NCBI GenBank assembly: GCA_964408085.1
Contig: CAYOYB010000003.1
Coordinates: 99,314-131,313, forward strand
Source of the DNA: an uncultured Muribaculaceae bacterium
Lineage (GTDB): Bacteria > Bacillota_I > Bacilli_A > RF39 > UBA660
Direction: 5' to 3'
DNA length: 32,000 nucleotides
A program made the translations under genes and the position numbers. Below are positions 25,695 through 32,000 of the stretch, piece by piece. Each line of letters opens with the position of its first letter. The first letter of the stretch is position 1. The notes beneath the pieces are model-generated. The model was not told the DNA's origin. It made no database searches and saw nothing but the letters and a program-made list of their open reading frames with translations.

Positions 25695-26765
25695 ATGAAA
25701 AATAAAAAAGTATATATAATTTTATCTATTTTTATAATTTTACTTATTATTAGTATATTTATATATGTTAAACATAATAAGAAAAAAAGAAAAATTACTA
25801 ATGAATATCCAATTATAAGTCTTAAAGGTAATAATATTATGGATATAAATGTTTCTGAAAATTTTGAAGAACCTGGATATTCTGCTTATGATGAAATTGA
25901 TGGTGATATAACTGATAAGGTAATGATTAAAAATAATGTTGATTTCAACACACCTGGTACCTATGAAATTTTATATAAAGTAACAAATTCTAAAGGTAAT
26001 AGTGTGGAAATAAAAAGATTTATAACAATTAACCAAGCAATTAATATTGAATATAAAGAAATCTATGATAGTATTGATAATACTGTTCATGGTTGGGGAA
26101 CTAATAATAAACAAGATGGGCAAAGACCTAATACAGATTTGTCAAATGAGGAATTAAAAAAATATAATGCTTATGCAATGGGAAATGATGAAAAAGTTAT
26201 ATATCTTACCTTTGATGAAGGTAATCTAGAATCTTATTTACCAGAAATTGTTGATATCTTAAATAAAAATGATATTAAAGCAACTTTCTTTTTGTGTCGA
26301 GGCTTTATAAAGAATAATCCAGAACTCATGATAGAAATGATAGAAAAGGGACACTCAGTTGGTAACCATACTGCTAACCATATTTCTATGCCTACACTAG
26401 CTAATTCTGAAAATTTTGAAAAATATTTAAAAGAATTATCATTAACTGAAGAAGCATTTAAAGAAATTACTGGTAAATCTATGGACCGAATTTATCGCGA
26501 ACCTAGAGGAGAATATAGTTTACGCAGTTTAAGTATTATAAAAGATTTAGGATATAGTACCTATTTTTGGAGTGCAGCCTATAAGGATTGGGATGATAAA
26601 CTAACTAAGGAACAAGCACTTCAAGAAATGATTAATCATGTACATAATGGTGCAATATACCTACTTCACCCAAATAGTAAAGGAAATTATTTAGCATTAG
26701 ATGATTTTATTAAACAAATGAAGGAACAAGGCTATACTTTTGATTTGGTTAGAAATATTAAATAA
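25695..26765 (+). CDS. PdaA-like polysaccharide (MurNAc) deacetylase with N-terminal TM anchor and Ig-like (DUF5011-type) domain
   Basis: The NodB domain blocks KVIYLTFDEG, GHSVGNHTANH, IYREPRGEY, FWSAAYKDW, GAIYLLHP and QGYTF closely parallel B. subtilis PdaA as I remember it. PGYSAYDEIDGDITDKV is typical of DUF5011. I prefer the ATG at 25695 to the one at 25680. Confidence 0.75.
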   Translation: MKNKKVYIILSIFIILLIISIFIYVKHNKKKRKITNEYPIISLKGNNIMDINVSENFEEPGYSAYDEIDGDITDKVMIKNNVDFNTPGTYEILYKVTNSKGNSVEIKRFITINQAINIEYKEIYDSIDNTVHGWGTNNKQDGQRPNTDLSNEELKKYNAYAMGNDEKVIYLTFDEGNLESYLPEIVDILNKNDIKATFFLCRGFIKNNPELMIEMIEKGHSVGNHTANHISMPTLANSENFEKYLKELSLTEEAFKEITGKSMDRIYREPRGEYSLRSLSIIKDLGYSTYFWSAAYKDWDDKLTKEQALQEMINHVHNGAIYLLHPNSKGNYLALDDFIKQMKEQGYTFDLVRNIK

Positions 26766-26895
26766 AATTTAAAGTTAATAATATTATTTATTATTTTTTA
26801 AATACTAATAACCATTTTTTACATTATCCATAAAATATGTTATGAGGGGGAAAAAATATGTATGATTTTGCAGTTGTTGTAGATGCTGGTCATGG
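26743..26895. repeat. Junction duplication, copy 1 (deacetylase last codons + intergenic region + first 13 amidase codons)
   Basis: It aligns with 28127-28285, with a few substitutions and small indels in the AT-rich middle. Both copies include ATTTGGTTA[G/A]AAATATTAAATAAAATTTAAAGTTAATAATA and GAGGGGGAAAAAATATGTATGATTTTGCAGTTGTTGTAGATGCTGGTCATGG. Confidence 0.85.
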
Positions 26896-26920
26896 GAGAT
26901 ACAGAAAAATCCAAAAATAA
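26858..26920 (+). pseudogene. Orphan 5' fragment of the amidase gene (13 native codons, then out-of-context sequence; 20-aa ORF)
   Basis: It reads MYDFAVVVDAGHG, then RYRKIQK and a stop. It is preceded by the same GAGGGGG SD as the intact gene at 28248. Confidence 0.8.
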
Positions 26921-27047
26921 AAGAATAGCTATAAAGATAAATAAATACAAGGAAATAAGGTGCTTTGGTGGAAAAGTATCTTTTTTGATGATATAATATA
27001 AATTAGGAAGATTTATTATCTTCTGTAAAAAAGAAAGGACAGCTGTT

Positions 27048-27554
27048 ATGTTTATATTAGCACAGATTTGTGGTTTAATTGCTTTATTAATAACTGTCAC
27101 CAACATTCAATTAAAATCTAAAGAAAAAATTGTCTTGTTTAATGTTTGGGCTAACATAGCTGTTACAATACAATATTTCTTATTAGGAGCATATACTGGT
27201 GCGATAATATCTATATTAAATGCTATAAGAGATGTAGTTTATTTCTTGTTTAAAAAGAAAAATTTTAAGCCATCAGTTTTAGTATTGCTAATTTTTGAAA
27301 CTGTAGCCATAATATTAGGAATAATAAGTTGGCAAAATATTTGGAGCATAATTCCACTAGTAGTTACTATCATATATACTTATGGATTATGGCAAGATAA
27401 TGTAAAAATTTTAAGAATAACTACAGTAGTAATTGGCTATGGTTGGACTATATATGACATTGTAGTTAAAGCGTATGTAGCAGCATTACAAGTAACAGCT
27501 CAAGGAACATCAGCCTTAATTGCATTAGTTATTAATAATAGAAGAAAAAAATAG
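27048..27554 (+). CDS. YgjV-family inner-membrane protein
   Basis: 168 aa with about five TM helices. The N-terminus MFILAQICGLIALLITVTNIQLKSKEKIV is typical of the family as I recall it. Confidence 0.6.
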   Translation: MFILAQICGLIALLITVTNIQLKSKEKIVLFNVWANIAVTIQYFLLGAYTGAIISILNAIRDVVYFLFKKKNFKPSVLVLLIFETVAIILGIISWQNIWSIIPLVVTIIYTYGLWQDNVKILRITTVVIGYGWTIYDIVVKAYVAALQVTAQGTSALIALVINNRRKK

Positions 27555-27578
27555 TAAATGATGAAAGGATATAATAAT

Positions 27579-28070
27579 ATGAATTTAGAAAAATTTAATT
27601 TTGCACCTTTGTATACTCTTGATAAAGAATGGGCTTTATTAACTGTTGGTAATAAAGAAAAATTTAATACAATGACAATTAGTTGGGGTGGATTAGGAAC
27701 TCTTTGGCATAAACCTGTTCTAACAGTTTATTTAAGACCAAATCGTTATACTTACGAATTTATGGAAAATAATGATTATTTTACAATAAGTTTTTATAAT
27801 GAAGATTATAAAAAAGATTTAATTACTTTAGGAACTAAATCAGGTAGAGATACAGATAAAATTGCTCTTACAAAACTAACGCCTGAATTTTTAAAAGAAG
27901 CAACAACTTTTAAAGAAGCAAAATTAACTATTATATGTAAAAAGGTATATTATCAAGATTTAAATATTAATAATATTCCTACAGGTGAAATAGATAAATT
28001 TTATAAAAATGAACCTGTGCATAGAATGTTTATTGGGGAAGTTATAGATATAATAGATAAAAGAATGTAA
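27579..28070 (+). CDS. Flavin reductase-like (FMN-binding split-barrel) protein
   Basis: It reads ...EWALLTVGNKEKFNTMTISWGGLGTLWHKPVLTVYLRPNRYTYEFM...YFTISF. I prefer the ATG at 27579 (AAAGGA 9 nt upstream) to the track start at 27558. Confidence 0.65.
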   Translation: MNLEKFNFAPLYTLDKEWALLTVGNKEKFNTMTISWGGLGTLWHKPVLTVYLRPNRYTYEFMENNDYFTISFYNEDYKKDLITLGTKSGRDTDKIALTKLTPEFLKEATTFKEAKLTIICKKVYYQDLNINNIPTGEIDKFYKNEPVHRMFIGEVIDIIDKRM

Positions 28071-28126
28071 AAATTTAAATATAGTTGTTATATAAGCAAT
28101 TATATTTTTTAGTTGCAATTAAAATA

Positions 28127-28285
28127 ATTTGGTTAAAAATATTAAATAAAATTTAAAGTTAATAATAAGATTATTATTAGCTTTTTTTTAAATAATAATA
28201 ACCATTTTTTATATTATCCATAAAATATTTTAAGAGGGGGAAAAAATATGTATGATTTTGCAGTTGTTGTAGATGCTGGTCATGG
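28127..28285. repeat. Junction duplication, copy 2 (upstream region and 5' end of the intact amidase gene)
   Basis: It matches 26743-26895. It even retains a relic of the deacetylase's last codons (TTGGTTAAAAATATTAAATAA) although no deacetylase gene precedes it here. Confidence 0.85.
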
Positions 28286-29468
28286 AGGTTCAGATCCTGG
28301 TGCAGTTTCTGGAAATACACGTGAAAAAGATTTAACATTACAAATATCAAACTATATGTATGAACGTTTTAAAGAATTAGGAGTACCAGTTGCAATCACT
28401 AGACCAACTGATGAAACAGTTAGTCCAACAGAACGTGTAAACCGTATTTTAAATGCTTTTGGTGATAAGAAGAATGTTATTGTTATCTCAAATCATATTA
28501 ATTCTAATACAACAGGAACAGCAGAGGGTGCAGAAGTAGTATATGCACTTAGAAATGAGGCTACTTTAGCGCAAAATGTATTAAATGCTCTTGGCGATGC
28601 AGGTCAAAAGAAAAGAATGATTTATCAACGAAGACTTCCAAGTGATAGTACAAAAGATTATTATTTTATTCATAGAAATACTGGTCAAACTGAACCTTTA
28701 CTTGTCGAATATGGATTTATTAATAATGCTCAGGATTTGAATAGAATAAAAAATAATTATCGAAAATATGTAGATGCTGTTGTAGATGCTATTATTGCAA
28801 CAGAAATGGGAGGGTCTATACCACCAACTGGTTCAAACACTTATGTAGTAAAAAGTGGCGACACTTTATATAAAATTGCTCAAGCTTTCAATACTACAGT
28901 TAGTAATCTAAAAAGACTAAATAATTTAACTAATGATAATTTGTCAGTTGGGCAGATACTATTAGTACCATCACAAAATGCGACTGGAAATAACAACACA
29001 TATATCGTAAGAAGTGGTGATAGCTTATGGAGTATCGCCAATAGATATAATACTACAGTAGATGAAATAAAAAGATTAAATGGTTTAACTAGTAATACGT
29101 TATCCATTGGGCAAGTTCTAACTATTCCAAATGCTATTGATACAAATGGTGGCGTTTCTGATGTTGGAACATATGTAGTAAAAAGTGGTGATACTTTGTG
29201 GAATATTGCTAATAGATTTGATACTAATATTAATGAAATTAAAAGATTAAATAATCTATCTAGTGATATATTAAATATAGGTCAAGTTCTAAAAATTCCT
29301 AATGTCACAGGAAGTTTACCAAGTTTTACTTATACAGTAAAAAGTGGCGATAGCTTATGGAGTATTGCTAATAGATATAATACTACAGTAAATTCTATTA
29401 AACAGCTAAATAATTTAACTAGTAATCTTCTTTCTATTGGGCAAGTTTTGAAAATTCCAACAGCATAA
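28248..29468 (+). CDS. N-acetylmuramoyl-L-alanine amidase (Amidase_3) with four C-terminal LysM repeats
   Basis: The N-terminal VVVDAGHGGSDPGAV ... EGAEVVY ... LVEYGFINN matches the Amidase_3 zinc-ligand layout. Four repeats of the form Y.V..GD.L..IA..... ...I..LN.L.S..L.IGQ.L.IP follow. No signal peptide. Confidence 0.9.
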   Translation: MYDFAVVVDAGHGGSDPGAVSGNTREKDLTLQISNYMYERFKELGVPVAITRPTDETVSPTERVNRILNAFGDKKNVIVISNHINSNTTGTAEGAEVVYALRNEATLAQNVLNALGDAGQKKRMIYQRRLPSDSTKDYYFIHRNTGQTEPLLVEYGFINNAQDLNRIKNNYRKYVDAVVDAIIATEMGGSIPPTGSNTYVVKSGDTLYKIAQAFNTTVSNLKRLNNLTNDNLSVGQILLVPSQNATGNNNTYIVRSGDSLWSIANRYNTTVDEIKRLNGLTSNTLSIGQVLTIPNAIDTNGGVSDVGTYVVKSGDTLWNIANRFDTNINEIKRLNNLSSDILNIGQVLKIPNVTGSLPSFTYTVKSGDSLWSIANRYNTTVNSIKQLNNLTSNLLSIGQVLKIPTA

Positions 29469-29502
29469 ATTATAATAATAACTTATATATAAAATATTAA
29501 GT

Positions 29503-29541
29503 AAAAAAAGATAGTCAGGAATTATTTCCCTGACTTTTTTG
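29503..29541. terminator. Bidirectional terminator between the amidase and DUF362 genes
   Basis: Stem AGTCAGG / CCTGACT with an A-run on the left and a T-run on the right. Confidence 0.7.
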
Positions 29542-29543
29542 AT

Positions 29544-30425
29544 TTAATCAATTTCAATTAATTCATATTCTTTATTTCCAAAACCTAATTTAGCAGCAGC
29601 ATCAATTGTATGTCGACCATTTTGGCTTTCTATTCTTTCAATAAGATGATCACGTCCTGGATCATTTGAATTATAAACTAAATCAATACACGCTTGGTCT
29701 ATAGCAATTGGATCAAGTGATGCAAGTATTCCTATATCTTTCATACATGGATCTTCTGCTACAGCACAACAATCACAATCCACTGACATATTACACATTA
29801 TATTTATATATACAATGTTTCCTTTGAAATAATTAACTACACTTTCCGCAGCATCTGCCATTGATTCTAAGAATTCTAATTGGTCAACCTTGAACATATC
29901 TTCAAATGTACCATCTTCTTTTCCCACACAGTGAATATATCTTTTACCATATCCTGATGCACATCCTATAGAAAGTTGTTTTAAGGCTCCACCATATCCT
30001 CCCATTGGATGACCTTTAAAGTGAGATAATACTAGCATTGAATCGTAGTTATCTATGTTTCTGCCAACATAGTTTTTCTTTAGTCTTTTTCCATTTGGAA
30101 TATCTAATACTAAATCATCACCTTCAGCATCTAATATATCAACGTCAAAGTATTTACTCCATCCATGCTTTTCCATTAGCTTTTTATGCTTTTCTGTAGT
30201 ATCTCTTGCTCCTTCGTATGCTGTATTACATTCAACTACTGTTCCTTCAACATAATCTATTATATCTTTCATAAACTCTGGATGAAGATAGTTTTGATTT
30301 CCTTCTTCTCCTGAGTGAACTTTTACTGCTACTTTTCCTGGTAATTTTTTACCTAATTTTTTATAAATTTCTACCATATTTTCTTTTGTAATATTTTTAG
30401 TAAAATAAACTTTTGCTTTTTCCAT
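29544..30425 (-). CDS. DUF362-domain protein (putative Fe-S protein)
   Basis: 293 aa. The opening MEKAKVYFTKNIT...VKVHSGEEGN and the Cys cluster CNMSVDCDCCAV are consistent with the DUF362/COG2768 family. This assignment is from memory. Confidence 0.6.
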   Translation of the reverse strand: MEKAKVYFTKNITKENMVEIYKKLGKKLPGKVAVKVHSGEEGNQNYLHPEFMKDIIDYVEGTVVECNTAYEGARDTTEKHKKLMEKHGWSKYFDVDILDAEGDDLVLDIPNGKRLKKNYVGRNIDNYDSMLVLSHFKGHPMGGYGGALKQLSIGCASGYGKRYIHCVGKEDGTFEDMFKVDQLEFLESMADAAESVVNYFKGNIVYINIMCNMSVDCDCCAVAEDPCMKDIGILASLDPIAIDQACIDLVYNSNDPGRDHLIERIESQNGRHTIDAAAKLGFGNKEYELIEID

Positions 30426-30533
30426 TATAATCTCCTTTCTATTTTATAACATTATTTTATCATAATAATTATGTAAAATACATAGAAAATTTATTTTTTA
30501 TAATCTTATAATTATAACCATTAATACTTTTAC

Positions 30534-30563
30534 AAAAAAATAAAACCGTTGAAATCAACGGTT
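30534..30563 (-). terminator. Rho-independent terminator downstream of the tRNA
   Basis: The minus strand reads AACCGTTG-attt-CAACGGTT followed by TTTATTTTTTT. Confidence 0.7.
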
Positions 30564-30573
30564 AAATTCATAA

Positions 30574-30664
30574 TGGCGGAGTAGGCGAGATTTGAACTCG
30601 CGCGCCAGTTGCCCGACCTACACCCTTAGCAGGGGCGCCTCTTCAGCCTCTTGAGTACTACTCC
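30574..30664 (-). tRNA. tRNA-Ser (anticodon GCT), CCA encoded
   Basis: I folded the reverse complement by hand. Acceptor stem is GGAGTAG/CTACTCC and D stem is CTC/GAG. The anticodon stem is CGCCC/GGGTG with loop CT-GCT-AA. The long variable arm is GTCGG-GCAA-CTGGC, the T arm is GCGAG-TTCAAAT-CTCGC, and the discriminator is G followed by CCA. It forms a local GC-rich island in AT-rich DNA. Confidence 0.9.
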
Positions 30665-30694
30665 AAAACGCTACAAATTTTCACTACGTGTATA

Positions 30695-30723
30695 ATTTTA
30701 CCTTATATAGTCCCAATTGTCAA
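30695..30723 (-). promoter_or_regulatory. Promoter of tRNA-Ser
   Basis: The minus strand reads TTGACA, 17 nt, TAAAAT, about 30 nt upstream of the mature 5' end. Confidence 0.6.
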
Positions 30724-30810
30724 TAAATTTGTAGCCATATATTTTATTTTTATAAAGATTGTTTATATAAATATAGCAATATTATTTAATTTCTACTATT
30801 TTATAACAAA

Positions 30811-31587
30811 CTAATATAAACTATCTATTATTTCAACTAATTCATCAATTGATATGTTAAAACAAGTAAATTGATAAAAAATATTATCATATATAAATGT
30901 TGCTGATAATCTCGTATCATCCCAATCATTTGTATAAATTATAACGTTGGTGTCTAATTTTTTTTGCTTGTAATCATGTACAATTTTTTTACCCCCACTA
31001 GCATCAATCCCCTCTTCAAATGCTAAAATATATCCATAATCAGCATTTTCATTAATGATTCTAATATACATTGAAACATTTTTTTCTTCATTATATTTAA
31101 TAAAACTAGGATAAAATAAATCCACTATACCTACTGACCCATCTTTGTTGAAATTAATTGTAGAATATATTTTTTCTAATTTTGATTTATCAGAATTTAA
31201 AATATGAAAACCTAATAATTTATCTAACTCAGAAATATTTATTTCCACATTATGCATAAATGTTTCACTATCCATTTCACCTGAAATATTAACAAATTTG
31301 AAAAACTCTGGATTTATTTTTTTAAATGTAGTGTCATTTGATATTTCAACCTTTGTTCCATCATCTAAACTAAGGGTTGTTTTCCATTTAAAAAATTCGC
31401 GAATTTCATCAGCATAAACGATTGTAATAGAGCATAAAGCAATTATTAAAATAGCCCATGAAGCATAAACTAATTTAAATTTTTTAGTCTTTTTTTGTTT
31501 GTTAACTGTTTTCACTAATATTTCTTCTTCTAATGCTTTAGGTATATTAATTTTTTGATACTCTTTTTTTAAATTATTTTTATTCAT
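30811..31587 (-). CDS. Single-pass membrane protein, probable anti-sigma factor partner
   Basis: It has a short cytoplasmic N-terminus, one TM helix (LVYASWAILIIALCSITIVYA) and an extracytoplasmic domain of about 200 aa. Its start overlaps the sigma-factor stop by 8 nt. Confidence 0.5.
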   Translation of the reverse strand: MNKNNLKKEYQKINIPKALEEEILVKTVNKQKKTKKFKLVYASWAILIIALCSITIVYADEIREFFKWKTTLSLDDGTKVEISNDTTFKKINPEFFKFVNISGEMDSETFMHNVEINISELDKLLGFHILNSDKSKLEKIYSTINFNKDGSVGIVDLFYPSFIKYNEEKNVSMYIRIINENADYGYILAFEEGIDASGGKKIVHDYKQKKLDTNVIIYTNDWDDTRLSATFIYDNIFYQFTCFNISIDELVEIIDSLY

Positions 31588-32000
31588 TAATATATTCCTC
31601 CTTTAAAAGTTCTTTTAATCTTTTTCTTGCTCGTAATAATCTTGTTTGAATAGCGGTTTCTGATAGATGCATTATAGAAGATATTTCTTTTATTTTATAA
31701 CCTTCATAATAATATAGATAAATAACAATTCGGTCTATTTTTGGTAATTTGAATATACTTTGTAATAAATCACTATCTAAAACTTCGATATATTGTTTAT
31801 TCTCTTCTTCATTAGTAAGTGATACTATCTTTCGTTTCCAAGGCGAAATAAATAAAGATTTGCATTCATTTATGGTAACTCTGATTAACCATTTTTTAAT
31901 ATCTTCCATAGTATTCATATTAGTAAATTTATTGATATTTTTATATAATTTTATAAATACATTTTGCGTAATGTCACAAGTATCCGCATAATTTTTAGTA
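31580..32000 (-). CDS. ECF-type sigma-70 family RNA polymerase sigma factor (N-terminus beyond the right edge)
   Basis: Region 4 is present: YYYEGYKIKEISSIMHLSETAIQTRLLRARKRLKELL. The frame stays open upstream of the track's ATG to base 32000. That stretch reads ...TKNYADTCDITQNVFIKLYKNINKFTN...WLIRVTINECKS, which is region 2, so the real start lies outside the window. Confidence 0.8.
   Translation of the reverse strand, partial: TKNYADTCDITQNVFIKLYKNINKFTNMNTMEDIKKWLIRVTINECKSLFISPWKRKIVSLTNEEENKQYIEVLDSDLLQSIFKLPKIDRIVIYLYYYEGYKIKEISSIMHLSETAIQTRLLRARKRLKELLKEEYINE

Noticed and set aside
26840-27106. 88-aa minus-strand ORF from the track
   Set aside because: It lies antisense across the duplicated amidase promoter, SD and 5' remnant, and across the start of the ygjV-like gene. 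It has no SD. Its sequence is explained by the duplication on the other strand.
28840-29460. Tandem repeats of about 200 bp at the nucleotide level
   Set aside because: They correspond exactly to the four LysM domains of the amidase. The repeated coding modules explain them fully, so they are not an independent repeat element.
2457-31991. Short ORFs (60-127 aa) lying antisense inside longer genes: 2457-2657, 3020-3220, 4039-4260, 10339-10581, 11275-11469, 12880-13227, 14338-14616, 14860-15132, 19621-19803, 20654-20950, 23399-23635, 24554-24937, 28880-29107, 31749-31991
   Set aside because: Each is fully nested opposite a well-supported CDS with clear family motifs. Their translations are low-complexity (rich in I, L, F, S, K), as expected of shadow frames in AT-rich DNA. 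None has a convincing SD.
1-32000. CRISPR arrays, rRNA genes, IS elements or prophage structural genes
   Set aside because: I saw no regularly spaced direct repeats, no rRNA-like GC-rich blocks (the only GC-rich island is the tRNA at 30574-30664), no transposase or integrase motifs, and no terminal inverted repeats.

Overview
The window is very AT-rich (about a quarter G+C by eye), uses the standard genetic code, and looks like a low-GC Bacillota chromosome (Clostridia/Erysipelotrichia-like; I cannot name the species). I found no rRNA, CRISPR array, integrase or transposase.

Gene content, left to right:
- 1-2635 (-): an ABC-2 exporter operon with one ATPase and two permeases. The second permease runs off the left edge.
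- 2783-8744: a cell-envelope block. It holds a lipoprotein, a NodB deacetylase, an M15 peptidase with SH3-like repeats, and a DUF4358-like lipoprotein / MBOAT / DHHW O-acylation operon.
- 8846-9179: an unannotated locus that looks like a type I toxin-antitoxin pair.
- 9313-11113: an AraC/GyrI-like regulator and a transglutaminase-like protein.
- About 11.1-23.2 kb: an accessory island of self-promoted modules. These are (i) a HerA/FtsK-type NTPase abutted to a Cys-repeat protein, (ii) an ABC half-transporter, (iii) a RhuM-like/Doc-type Fic fusion, (iv) two orphan genes, and (v) a MoxR-like AAA+ ATPase overlapping an HExxH-vWA protein, plus a divergent 151-aa gene.
- 23233-25363 (-): an ArsR/SmtB regulator and a CPC-type P1B ATPase.
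- 25695-29468 (+): a PdaA-like deacetylase, a YgjV-like and flavin-reductase-like pair, and an Amidase_3 protein with four LysM repeats.
- 29544-32000 (-): a DUF362 Fe-S protein, tRNA-Ser(GCT), and an ECF sigma factor with a membrane partner. The sigma gene runs off the right edge.

Main observations:
- The AAA+/vWA module sits in a 4.4-kb segment bracketed by a 281-bp direct duplication of the ATPase 3' end.
- The YgjV/flavin-reductase pair is bracketed by a roughly 155-bp duplication of the deacetylase/amidase junction.
- A 33-bp promoter-like repeat lies exactly 70 nt upstream of two consecutive unrelated genes.
- The best candidates for an undescribed system are the AAA+/HExxH-vWA pair and the HerA-like/Cys-repeat pair.

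All calls come from reading motifs by eye; no database search was possible.
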